Assembly: GCA_025057015.1 (NCBI GenBank)
Contig: JANWYG010000010.1
Location: forward strand, 478,506 to 542,505
Length of the DNA stretch: 64,000 nt
DNA from: Blastocatellia bacterium
GTDB lineage: Bacteria; Acidobacteriota; Blastocatellia; Chloracidobacteriales; JADJPF01
Direction of reading: 5' to 3'
The notes beneath the pieces are model-generated. The model was not told where the DNA came from. It was given only the letters and a program-made list of their open reading frames with translations, and searched no databases. Shown here one piece after another: positions 39,676-49,125 of the stretch (the stretch's first letter is position 1; the number at the start of each line of letters is the position of its first letter). The position numbers and the translations under genes were made by a program.

Positions 39676-41187
39676 TTGCGGCAGGTAGCGGCGGAAAAGA
39701 TACAGCGTGTCTATAAACGAATTCTCAGTAAGTTTCAGCTGGTTTGGGCTGTAAAGCGGCATTATGAGGCTATAGCGTTGGGTATTGGCGAGGAAGGCCT
39801 AGATGTGCCGGTGGACTTAGGTCGCGTCTATGGGACGCTCAAAGTGCTTTATCACGTGTTACCGAAGGCAGATTCGGTGGCTATTTTGGGTCGGTTGGAA
39901 GCTGTAGCTCGCGACATAGATTCTATATATGCGTGGTTTGCAAAATTAGATGAAAAAATGTCGCCTTACGAGCTGCGCTACTATCTGGAACATGCAGGAG
40001 AGGTAGACCAGCCTCAGCTACGTGCTCTGGCAAAGTATTTTCTCTCTAAGAAGAATCCAACGAAGCAGGATATAGCCAAGGTAGACTATCTGCTCACGCA
40101 TTTGTTTTCCTGGCTAGGCCCTGATGGCAAGACGTATGTCAATCAGGAGAGTGAAGAGGAATTAGAGTCTGAAGTACGCCGTCTTTTACCGAGGAGACTG
40201 AGGCGTCCGAAGACGGAGCGCAGTCTTGAGAGTGAGGCTAAGGCCTGCGAGTTTATAGAGAGGTTGCAGAGGATCTCATCATATGATGAGCTAATAGGAA
40301 GTGGGATAATCGAGCAGGCACGTGAGTTTAAAAATAGTTTGGGATTATTGTTTTTTGATGCTGGTGTACTTGCAAAGTGTATACAGCTAAATATTAGGAT
40401 GCGGAATCATTTTGAGCTTTTCCTGAGAGAGGAGAATCAAAAACTGCGGCAACTGGCTATAGAGCTGATAGGGGCTGGTAGGGAGGTTATTCGAGCTGGC
40501 GAAGGCACTTCCTTTAGTGCGAGAGATGTATTGAACTTTGCTGAATTAGCTGGGCAGTTTCTGTCTGCGGACTATAGTCAGACGAGACCATACCTTGAGC
40601 AGATCTCGCATCTGCGCAACTTAATGGCTCGGCATAAGAATATTTCGAGTCTAGCTCCACAGAGTGCTTATCAGGTAGATAAGGCGTATGTTGGGAGCTT
40701 AGCTGCAGCGATAGACTCTGAAACTGACGAGTTAGCTGTGGCGCTACAGAAGAGGATAAAAAGCTTGCAGGAGAGAATAGCTGCACTACAGACTGCCCGT
40801 CCTTCGGCTGTCAAGGTCTTGCATCTAGATTCATCCACCCTGGTACTTTCTTCTTGGGAGTTAGAGGCTTTCAAGCTGTCTGGAGGCAAAGGTTATTTGT
40901 CGCACACTAGCCAGGACTTGCTCAAGAAGGCCGTAGCGCTTATTGCTGAGCTACAGGAGAATGCTGCCCTGTACAAAAAGCACGTAAATTCGCCGCAGCT
41001 TGCAAATACTTACTTGATGGGAGTAAACTTTTACTTGTTGCAGGCTCATAAACTTGCTGATGAGTTGGAACATTTTGCGGCTGTAGCTAGAGAACGTAAC
41101 GAGATTGATATAGCATGCAACCTATCAGCGACGCGCCAAAAGCTACTTGACAGTTGCGAGCGTCTTAAGGGGCTTTTTAATTCCTGA
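39676..41187 (+). CDS. Hypothetical alpha-helical protein
   Basis: 503 aa. A TTG start follows GGAGAG. I recognise no motif. The ORF is uninterrupted, and its 3' end may overlap the hflX start. Confidence 0.5.
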   Translation: MRQVAAEKIQRVYKRILSKFQLVWAVKRHYEAIALGIGEEGLDVPVDLGRVYGTLKVLYHVLPKADSVAILGRLEAVARDIDSIYAWFAKLDEKMSPYELRYYLEHAGEVDQPQLRALAKYFLSKKNPTKQDIAKVDYLLTHLFSWLGPDGKTYVNQESEEELESEVRRLLPRRLRRPKTERSLESEAKACEFIERLQRISSYDELIGSGIIEQAREFKNSLGLLFFDAGVLAKCIQLNIRMRNHFELFLREENQKLRQLAIELIGAGREVIRAGEGTSFSARDVLNFAELAGQFLSADYSQTRPYLEQISHLRNLMARHKNISSLAPQSAYQVDKAYVGSLAAAIDSETDELAVALQKRIKSLQERIAALQTARPSAVKVLHLDSSTLVLSSWELEAFKLSGGKGYLSHTSQDLLKKAVALIAELQENAALYKKHVNSPQLANTYLMGVNFYLLQAHKLADELEHFAAVARERNEIDIACNLSATRQKLLDSCERLKGLFNS

Positions 41188-42865
41188 CCTCAAAGGAGGT
41201 GCTCTTACGGTCTACGGTAATATCCGAGGGCTGAAGCCGAGCCAGCTGAAAAGATTAGAGAAACTGTACCAGAGGCGTATACCAACACGAGATATCGTCA
41301 CTCAAGACTTTGCTCGCATCCTTACCGAGATATCCTACGATATAGCGCGCCAAGTGGGTGTTTTAGTCAACCGCAAGGGCCAGGTTGAATACGTGATGGT
41401 TGGCGACGCACACAAGATCTTGCTGCCTGACATCAAGCGTGTTCGTGCAGGGCAAGGGCGGCTGAGAGGGTTAAGGTGTATACATACCCACTTGCAAGGG
41501 GAAGAGCTTACGCAGGACGATCTTACCGATCTGACTTTGCTCAGACTAGATCTGATGGTAGCGGTAGAGGTGGGAGTAGACGGTTTGCCAGGGTGTTTAA
41601 GGGCAGCTTATTTGGTGCCACAGGCGGATGGTACGGTGTCTTTAGAGCATTTAGCTCGGCTGTCACCTTCGCAGTTAGACGTGGACTTTCTGCAGCTTAT
41701 AAGCTTTCTGGAAGATGGATTTGCCCGTACTATAGGGACTGCTGCTAGAACTTGCAAGAGAGAACGAGCAGTTCTAGTAGCGATAAATGCTAGCGATGAG
41801 GCAGTAGAGGAGCTGTGTGAGCTTGCCTGTTCTAGCGGAGTTGAGGTAGTTGACGTAATCGTGCAACGTCGCAGAGAACTGGATCCTAATTATTTGATAG
41901 GCAAAGGCAAGCTTGAGGAACTGCTACTTCGCAGCATGCAGCGTTCTGCCGATGTGGTCATCTTTGATAGAGACCTGACACCGGCGCAGGTGCGTTCTAT
42001 AAGCAAGGCAACTGAGCTGAAGGTGATAGATCGCACGCAGCTAATAATGGACATATTTGCCCAGTGTGCTTCTACTAGTGAGGGTAAGATTCAAGTCGAG
42101 CTTGCACAGCTTAGGTATATGTTACCTCGGCTCAGCGGTCATGGGGACGAAATGTCTCGTCTGATGGGTGGCATAGGTGGTAGAGGGCCTGGAGAAACCA
42201 AGTTAGAGTCCGACCGTAGATGTGTGCGTGAGAGGATAAGTGCGCTGGAAAAGCAGCTGGAGAAGATACGTACTGCTAGGCAGATCCGTAGAAGTAGGCG
42301 GCTACGTAACTCTATACCGGTTGTCTCGATAGTTGGTTATACTAATGCGGGTAAGTCTACGTTGCTGAATAGCTTGACTTTCAGTGATGAAGTAGTTGCT
42401 GAGAAGATGTTTTCTACCTTAGATCCGCGCAGTAGGCAACTGCGTTTGCCTTGTTCGCAGAAAGTGATCGTCAACGATACAGTAGGTTTCATCAAAGACC
42501 TGCCTCAAACTCTGAGAGCAGCTTTCAAGGCTACCTTGGAAGAAATAGAAGAGTCCGATTTGCTAGTTCATTTGGTCGATGTTTCCAATCCTCTTTATGC
42601 AAACCATATAAGAGCAGTTGAGCAGATACTAGTTGAGCTAGGCTTGCAAAAACTACCGCGGCTGCTTGTTTTCAACAAATGTGATCTTGTGGACAAAGCT
42701 GTAGCCGAGAATGTATGCAGTAGATACGGTGCTGTAGGTATTTCGGCGAATGACCGCAAAAGCCTGCTACCCTTGGTAGCAGAAATCGAAAGATGTCTTC
42801 TAAGTACTGTATCGTACGTTCAGAATGAGCGGCCTTGGCGTATGGACGGTGTTACAAATGGCTAA
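41147..42865 (+). CDS. hflX: GTPase HflX with long N-terminal extension
   Basis: The HflX N-domain shows IDRTQLIMDIFAQ.A...EGKIQVELAQL.Y. The G-domain shows VSIVGYTNAGKSTLLN, DTVGFI and NKCD. The start is uncertain because no canonical start codon follows the AAAGGAGG at 41194. Confidence 0.9.
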   Translation: MTVASVLRGFLIPDLKGGALTVYGNIRGLKPSQLKRLEKLYQRRIPTRDIVTQDFARILTEISYDIARQVGVLVNRKGQVEYVMVGDAHKILLPDIKRVRAGQGRLRGLRCIHTHLQGEELTQDDLTDLTLLRLDLMVAVEVGVDGLPGCLRAAYLVPQADGTVSLEHLARLSPSQLDVDFLQLISFLEDGFARTIGTAARTCKRERAVLVAINASDEAVEELCELACSSGVEVVDVIVQRRRELDPNYLIGKGKLEELLLRSMQRSADVVIFDRDLTPAQVRSISKATELKVIDRTQLIMDIFAQCASTSEGKIQVELAQLRYMLPRLSGHGDEMSRLMGGIGGRGPGETKLESDRRCVRERISALEKQLEKIRTARQIRRSRRLRNSIPVVSIVGYTNAGKSTLLNSLTFSDEVVAEKMFSTLDPRSRQLRLPCSQKVIVNDTVGFIKDLPQTLRAAFKATLEEIEESDLLVHLVDVSNPLYANHIRAVEQILVELGLQKLPRLLVFNKCDLVDKAVAENVCSRYGAVGISANDRKSLLPLVAEIERCLLSTVSYVQNERPWRMDGVTNG

Positions 42866-45269
42866 CGCTAAGGAAGTCGTTAGAAAGTTAAAGGGTAAGG
42901 TAAGTAGGTTTCTAAGACGACAAGCTGCAAAATTACCGGCTCTGCTGTCATCTTGGTATGGATTGGCAGTAGCAGCCTTACTGCTTGCGTTGATTTCCGG
43001 ATATAGCTTTAGCAGTATTGACGTGGCAGTACGTAACGGCGTGCTGCAATCAGACCTAATAGCACCGGCAGATTTTTCTTACATAGATCATAGGGCTACG
43101 CAACTTGCTCGTGAGAGTGAGGCAAGTAAGGTACTTCCTATATATGAATACAACCCTGCTATAGGACGCGATGCGGTTGCTTATTTCAACACCGAGTGGG
43201 AAAAACTGCGAACTCAGTTCCAGCAGGAAGTTGCAGCTCATCCTGGGATATTGCCGACACATGAAGAATCAGCGGCAATGAGACAGTTTGTCAAACAGTT
43301 TGCGTCAGAGGCCGTTCGCAGCCAGTTGTTTCGTGGTGAAGTGGTACTTGCGATACTAGCCTCGAAGGGATTTTCACCGGAGCTGCAACGACGTATTGCC
43401 GAAGCGATTGGAGAGGTAACTTCGAGGTATATCTATGAAGATGATGCTGTTGAGGTCTTACCGCGGCGTATTACGATTAGGAATATAGAAACCGCTGAAC
43501 AAGGTGAGGTGCGCAGTATTGAACTTGTTAGCTTGTTTGAAGCTCAACGCAGATTACATCGCCAGTTGCAAAGTATTCTCAGTACCTCAGAGGCAGACAA
43601 AGTCTATGATACGCTCAAGAGCCTTGTTGGTGTGAATCTTGTTTATAGCGAACAACTGACGAGAGCTGCCAAGGATCTTGCTGAGGCGCGCGTTCGACCT
43701 GTTGTTGTTAACTATAAGAAGAATCAACTTATAGCTAAGTATGGAGAGCGTGTAGACCAACAGTTGTTGGATTCTATAAGGATGCTTTCTGATAGGGGTT
43801 CTTGGAAGAAGAGGACTGTAAAGGTAATAGGATACTTTGTTCTTCTGCTTGGCATCTTGATTGGGCTCAAGAGATTTTGCCAATTGTCAAGGATCGAGCA
43901 ACTTGAGCCGAGTAAGAGCTTTGCACTCCTTTGTATCATTTTGTTGATACAGATTGGGGTTATACGCCTAGCTGTGGCCTATAGTGGCCATTTACTTACT
44001 TTGTTTGGCGCAGAGAATACCTTTTATAATCAACCACAATTTTTACTTCCTTTCGCTCTTGCTGCTCTACTTGCGGCCTTCTTACTGGATTCTACAGCGG
44101 CACAGACTTGTGCTTTGCTCACTGGCATCTTTACTGGCTTTATTACTGAAGGTGAGATGGTACTAGTAGCATATGCCGTTATGAGTGGTATAGCTGCTGC
44201 TTATGCCGTCAAAGAATACCAGCATCGGAATTCTATTACGAAGGCTGGTCTGATCATAAGTGGGGTGAATATACTCACTATACTGATCGAGTTATTGATA
44301 AATGGGCAGACAAGTTGGCAAGCGTATCTGCTTAACGTTGCTTATGGTTTTATTGGAGGTTTGCTAACAGCCAGTATAGCTAGTTTGATGATTCCTATTG
44401 TAGAGTCAATATTTGATATTTTGACGGACGTGAAGCTGTTGGAGCTTTCTAATATGGACTTGCCTTTGCTACGAGATTTAGCGGCTACCGCTGCCGGAAC
44501 ATATCAACATTCGCTGGCTGTCAGTAGTCTAGCTGAAGCGGCGGCTGAAGCAATAGGTGCCAACTCGCTGCTTGTGCGCGTGGGCTGTTACTATCACGAT
44601 GTAGGTAAAATGATGGCACCAGAAATGTTTATAGAAAATCAGGCGGGAAGGGAAAATCCGCATGATCGTATGGATCCGAAACGCAGTGCGAGCGTAATTA
44701 CTGGGCATGTGCGTAAGGGGATACTGTTAGCTGAAGAACACGGCTTGCCGCAGCAGATCATAGATCTTATTCCTCAGCATCACGGTACTCGTAAGCTGCA
44801 CTACTTTTACAACAAAGCTCTAGAGAAGTACTCTAAGACAGGAGATCCGGTAAAGGAGGAGCACTACCGCTATCCTGGGCCAAAGCCGCAGACTCGCGAG
44901 GCAGCTATAGTGATGATGGCTGACAGTGCCGAAGCCAGCGTTCGTTCGCTTGATGAACCAACCCCTGAGAATATACGCAACATAGTAAAGCTCGTCACTG
45001 AGGATATCCTTGCTGACGGTCAGCTGGATGAATGTACGCTCACTATCAAAGAGTTTAATCTCGTCAGAGAAGCGCTTGTCGAGGCTTTGTGCAGCGTCTA
45101 TCATCAGCGTGTCAAATATCCGGGATTTAATCGGCCGGAGCTTGAAGAAACCGAAGGGGGGTTGCCGGAAACTAGGCCTGCTGCTCAAAAAGTCGATGCC
45201 GGAGCGGCTAAGCCGGCTATAGGGGATAAGAAGAAGAAAAAAGTGTCCGCTCCGGGCGGTAAGTTATAG
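42858..45269 (+). CDS. 7TM-receptor-HD (PgpH/YqfF-like) membrane phosphohydrolase
   Basis: It has a large extracytoplasmic N-domain and about 7 TM helices. The HD domain shows YQHSLAVSSLAE..YYHDVGK..QHHG. ATG 42858 overlaps the hflX stop by 8 nt. Confidence 0.85.
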   Translation: MANAKEVVRKLKGKVSRFLRRQAAKLPALLSSWYGLAVAALLLALISGYSFSSIDVAVRNGVLQSDLIAPADFSYIDHRATQLARESEASKVLPIYEYNPAIGRDAVAYFNTEWEKLRTQFQQEVAAHPGILPTHEESAAMRQFVKQFASEAVRSQLFRGEVVLAILASKGFSPELQRRIAEAIGEVTSRYIYEDDAVEVLPRRITIRNIETAEQGEVRSIELVSLFEAQRRLHRQLQSILSTSEADKVYDTLKSLVGVNLVYSEQLTRAAKDLAEARVRPVVVNYKKNQLIAKYGERVDQQLLDSIRMLSDRGSWKKRTVKVIGYFVLLLGILIGLKRFCQLSRIEQLEPSKSFALLCIILLIQIGVIRLAVAYSGHLLTLFGAENTFYNQPQFLLPFALAALLAAFLLDSTAAQTCALLTGIFTGFITEGEMVLVAYAVMSGIAAAYAVKEYQHRNSITKAGLIISGVNILTILIELLINGQTSWQAYLLNVAYGFIGGLLTASIASLMIPIVESIFDILTDVKLLELSNMDLPLLRDLAATAAGTYQHSLAVSSLAEAAAEAIGANSLLVRVGCYYHDVGKMMAPEMFIENQAGRENPHDRMDPKRSASVITGHVRKGILLAEEHGLPQQIIDLIPQHHGTRKLHYFYNKALEKYSKTGDPVKEEHYRYPGPKPQTREAAIVMMADSAEASVRSLDEPTPENIRNIVKLVTEDILADGQLDECTLTIKEFNLVREALVEALCSVYHQRVKYPGFNRPELEETEGGLPETRPAAQKVDAGAAKPAIGDKKKKKVSAPGGKL

Positions 45270-46670
45270 ACCTAGCTCGAACTCGTCATGTATGGCAGCT
45301 ACAGTGCGAGGCACGTCCTGCTTGTTTATTACGAAGGAGATATTTATTTCTGAGGAGCCTTGAGCTATGGCTATTACATTGCTGCCGCTGCGGCCTACTG
45401 CTCCAAAGATGCGAGCTGCTATACCAGGCGTACCTTTCATGCGTTCTCCGACAACTGCAATGATTGCTATGTCGTTTTGTACGGAGATCTCTTCGACGTG
45501 TTTGTGGTGAAACTCGACTTCCAGTGCCCTGCGTAATGCGTTGCAGGTACGTTCTACCTCACTGCTGGAGATTACAAAGCAGATATTGTTTTCCGAAGAT
45601 GACTGTGAGATCATCAGCACGTTGACGTTCTGACTAGCTACTGCACTGAAGGTTTTTGCTGCAATTCCCGGTACGCCCATCATGCCTCGGCCGCTGATGG
45701 TCACAAGGCTGACATTTTTTATAGCCGTTATGGCTTTTATGTCTTTACCAGTATAGTTTGGGCATGCAGTGATGAGCGTACCAGGCAGATCAGGTCGGAA
45801 ACTGTTTTTGATAGTAAGTGGGATGGAGTCAGTAAGCAGCGGTAGTATAGTTTTCGGGTGCAGCACTTTTGCCCCGTAATAGGAAAGCTCTGCTGCTTCA
45901 CTGTAGCTTATCTCTGGCAAGGTCTTGGCGTTAGGAACAAGGGCCGGATCGGCAGTCATTACGCCATCTACGTCTGTCCAAATCCATACGGCGTCAGCTT
46001 TTAGGCAGCAACCTATAATGCCTCCAGAGTAATCCGAGCCACCTCGGCCAAGCGTGGTTGTGATGCCTTCACTAGTTGCACCTATAAATCCAGTTATGAC
46101 AGGGATTTTGCCTTGCTCTAGCATAGGAAGCAGCCTACTACGGGTTTTTTCTATCGTCTGTGACATTTGCACTGTGGCGTCAGTAAAGTTGTCGTCAGTG
46201 ACTATTAGTTCTGTAGCGTCTACAGCTTCGGCGTCTAGACCTACTTCTTGCATTGCTGCAGCGACGATGCGAGCTGAAAGTCTCTCGCCTACAGAGGCAA
46301 TAGCGTCAAGTGCGCGTGGGGAAGCCTCGCCGAGGATGTGTATACCATAGCAAAGTCTTACACAGCCCTTGTCTATGATATCTTCTACTGCTTTGAGCAG
46401 TTCTTCACAGCGTATGGCGTCTTTGATAAGCTCTAGAACGGTTATTCGATGTCGACGTAGCAGTTCTTTACAGCTTGCCTCTGCCTCGGTATAGCGGCCT
46501 GCAGCAGCTAATTGTGCACAATCAAGCAAGGTGTTTGTTACTCCGCTCATCGCTGAGACAACGATGGCTATTTTGCTATCTTGCTCTAACTCGCGTTTTA
46601 CTATTCTGACTACTTCAGCGATTCTGCCGGCATCGGCTACGGAAGTACCGCCGAACTTCATTACTAGCAT
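45264..46670 (-). CDS. lysC: Aspartate kinase
   Basis: 468 aa. MKFGGTSV, VVSAMSGVTN and GRGGSDYS are present, with two C-terminal ACT domains. The start overlaps the selB stop (ATGCTAG). Confidence 0.93.
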   Translation of the reverse strand: MLVMKFGGTSVADAGRIAEVVRIVKRELEQDSKIAIVVSAMSGVTNTLLDCAQLAAAGRYTEAEASCKELLRRHRITVLELIKDAIRCEELLKAVEDIIDKGCVRLCYGIHILGEASPRALDAIASVGERLSARIVAAAMQEVGLDAEAVDATELIVTDDNFTDATVQMSQTIEKTRSRLLPMLEQGKIPVITGFIGATSEGITTTLGRGGSDYSGGIIGCCLKADAVWIWTDVDGVMTADPALVPNAKTLPEISYSEAAELSYYGAKVLHPKTILPLLTDSIPLTIKNSFRPDLPGTLITACPNYTGKDIKAITAIKNVSLVTISGRGMMGVPGIAAKTFSAVASQNVNVLMISQSSSENNICFVISSSEVERTCNALRRALEVEFHHKHVEEISVQNDIAIIAVVGERMKGTPGIAARIFGAVGRSGSNVIAIAQGSSEINISFVINKQDVPRTVAAIHDEFELGL

Positions 46671-48523
46671 TCTTCTGCTCCTTTGAGAATTTCTCGTTCG
46701 TTACCCATGCGACGGGTTACTCGTATCGAGTCTAGGTATTCTAGTAGTGGTATTGCGTGTTTGCGAGTGATACCTGCGAGATTCTTGAATGTAGTGATGT
46801 CGAGTTTGGTGATCTCGAGCTGCCTTAGAGTAGCGATTAGTTTTTCTATGTGCTTGCGGTGAAAAACAAACTCTTCTATGCGGATAAGAACACCTTGTCT
46901 GACAAGTAGCTGAAATAGCTTTCTCAGCAACTGAGAGTCGGCAGATATATTTGCTTCTGCATCTTTATATGTTGCTGCCTGATAACCAAAATTGAAGAAA
47001 AAGTCTTCAAGAGCCTTTGTGAGAGCTTGTTCTTCTGCTGCCAGTTGTACTCTGTGTGTGGGAAGTCGTAGCAGTTCCTTTTCTGCTATAAGTAGTCTGT
47101 CTTGAAGAACTTTCTCAAGTACTAGCTCTGCCGTTTGCCTGTTGCGGGAGATTAGCTGGTAGACTAACTCTCGGTTTATACCTGCTGCTAGTGGGTCTTG
47201 CTGATGATAGTCGGCTACGTATGTTACTAGCTTCTGCACGAGCTTAGAGTAAGCTACTTTTGAAAATAGCAGGTCCTCAAGTCGTAGGATACGATGTGAC
47301 AGCCCTGATAGCAGTTCGTATAGATCAGACATCGTCAGATCGGTCACTTTTGCGAGTTCTTGGACGGTGATTCCTCGTTCAGCTCGAGCTTCTACGATTA
47401 GAGCTAGCCGCTCGCTAGAGTCGGCTTGGTACAGCTTTTGTAGCAGATGCTTGTTGTGATTTGTTGTATCTATTACTGTCCCTCCGCCTATTGTTATCGG
47501 TGGCGAAAGACTGCGGATGATGAATCTATCGCCTGGTAAGGCAAAAATCGGCAAGTTTAGTTTTAATTGGGCGTACTGTTTTGCACCGGGGTCGAGCGAA
47601 GCCTTTTCTAAGATTACCCTTGCGTTTGTTTCTGAGGTAGATAGATGCAGTCTTACTGTCGAGTAGTTTTTAAGTGGCTTAGGTACAGTGGCAAGTAGCT
47701 CTAACGAGCAGTTAATTATGCGTGTGGGCTGGTATCTTCCAGGCGGCAATAAAACTTGACCTCGGTATAGTTTGTCTAGGGCGAGGTTTTGCAAGTTTAC
47801 TGCGGTGCGCTGTCCGGCGTATGCTACTTCTACGCTCTGTCCGTGGACTTGTATAGATCGGATGTGTGAGCTTATCCCTTCGGGAAGTATTTCTATCTCG
47901 TCACCCAGATGTAAAGTACCCGAAACTAGTGTTCCAGTAACGACCGTGCCGAAGCCCTTTATGGTGAAGGCACGGTCTATGGGCAGGCGAGCAACGCTAC
48001 GCGTGTTGCGTTGCTGCACACTTTGAGCAAGTTTTACTAAAGCAGATTTTAACTTGTCTAGGCCTTCTCCTGTCTTAGTACTTATTGGTATTGGCGTTGG
48101 ATTTAGAAACGAGCCAGAAACAAATTCCGATACCTCTGTCTTTACTAGCTCTAGTAACTCGTCATCCACTAGATCTTTTTTGGTCAGTGCTACAAGGCCT
48201 GACTTTACTTGTAATAGCCGACATATGTCGAAATGTTCTTGCGTTTGCGGCATTACGGACTCATCTGCAGCGACGACCAATAGAACCAGGTCTATTCCGT
48301 GCGCTCCAGCAAGCATGTTCTTAATAAACCGTTCGTGTCCTGGCAGATCGATGAAGCTAAACAGGTAGTCATCGATCTTTAGACTTGCAAATCCTATATC
48401 GATACTGATGCCGCGCTGTTTTTCTTCCTTTAGCCGGTCAGTGTCAATACCGGTCAAGGCTTTGACTAGAGAAGTCTTGCCGTGATCGATATGGCCTGCC
48501 GTACCGACTATTATGTTCTTCAT
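46664..48523 (-). CDS. selB: Selenocysteine-specific translation elongation factor
   Basis: 619 aa. The N-terminus [40 protein letters not shown] matches SelB. DLPGHERF and TKKD are present, followed by a long winged-helix C-terminus. Confidence 0.9.
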   Translation of the reverse strand: MKNIIVGTAGHIDHGKTSLVKALTGIDTDRLKEEKQRGISIDIGFASLKIDDYLFSFIDLPGHERFIKNMLAGAHGIDLVLLVVAADESVMPQTQEHFDICRLLQVKSGLVALTKKDLVDDELLELVKTEVSEFVSGSFLNPTPIPISTKTGEGLDKLKSALVKLAQSVQQRNTRSVARLPIDRAFTIKGFGTVVTGTLVSGTLHLGDEIEILPEGISSHIRSIQVHGQSVEVAYAGQRTAVNLQNLALDKLYRGQVLLPPGRYQPTRIINCSLELLATVPKPLKNYSTVRLHLSTSETNARVILEKASLDPGAKQYAQLKLNLPIFALPGDRFIIRSLSPPITIGGGTVIDTTNHNKHLLQKLYQADSSERLALIVEARAERGITVQELAKVTDLTMSDLYELLSGLSHRILRLEDLLFSKVAYSKLVQKLVTYVADYHQQDPLAAGINRELVYQLISRNRQTAELVLEKVLQDRLLIAEKELLRLPTHRVQLAAEEQALTKALEDFFFNFGYQAATYKDAEANISADSQLLRKLFQLLVRQGVLIRIEEFVFHRKHIEKLIATLRQLEITKLDITTFKNLAGITRKHAIPLLEYLDSIRVTRRMGNEREILKGAEEC

Positions 48524-49071
48524 TATTTCTGGCTGTACATTTCTTCAGGCAAATCGTCCAAGTGTACATAGAGCACGTTGTTCGTGCGCTTTTTTATGTC
48601 TATCTTCTCAGGTTCTGTAGATGGGCAAATGCTTACACAGCTAGCTTGGTTGCCGATACAAAGCGGCAATTCGTGCCAGGTTCCTTTGTGTAGGATAACG
48701 GCTTGTCCAGCACAAAAGACAAAGCAGACGACTTCGCTAAGGTCAGGTAACTCATTCTGGTTGGGCTTGCCAAGCAGTAGAGCAAAAGGCTGTTGACCTA
48801 TGCCGATAAAAGCTACAGATGCCTCACTGTAGCGTTCAAGGGATGTGATATCACCTGGCCTTTTGCGGATGTATAGTATGCGAGCACTTGCACCAGTGTT
48901 CCAGTAAGTATCTACGCTGAGCATTCTGACCGAGCCTGTCGGAGAAACTTTTGTACACTCGGTTGGCATTTCATCGCTTATTAGCAGACCATATTCTGCG
49001 AGATTCTCTTTTGTAGCCTTGATTACGGGTACATTCATTATCTGAACTGTTTCGCTGAGTGTGTTTACCAT
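48523..49071 (-). CDS. Cupin-fold protein, ureidoglycolate-lyase-like
   Basis: 182 aa. LHKGTWHELP and the overall pattern recall the AllA/ureidoglycolate lyase family, but this is weak and from memory. Its stop overlaps the selB start (TAATG). Confidence 0.45.
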   Translation of the reverse strand: MVNTLSETVQIMNVPVIKATKENLAEYGLLISDEMPTECTKVSPTGSVRMLSVDTYWNTGASARILYIRKRPGDITSLERYSEASVAFIGIGQQPFALLLGKPNQNELPDLSEVVCFVFCAGQAVILHKGTWHELPLCIGNQASCVSICPSTEPEKIDIKKRTNNVLYVHLDDLPEEMYSQK

Positions 49072-49125
49072 GAGTTCCTCAAATGATTTATTTGTTTACA
49101 GTATCGCTTTTTTCGTCGAAAAACT

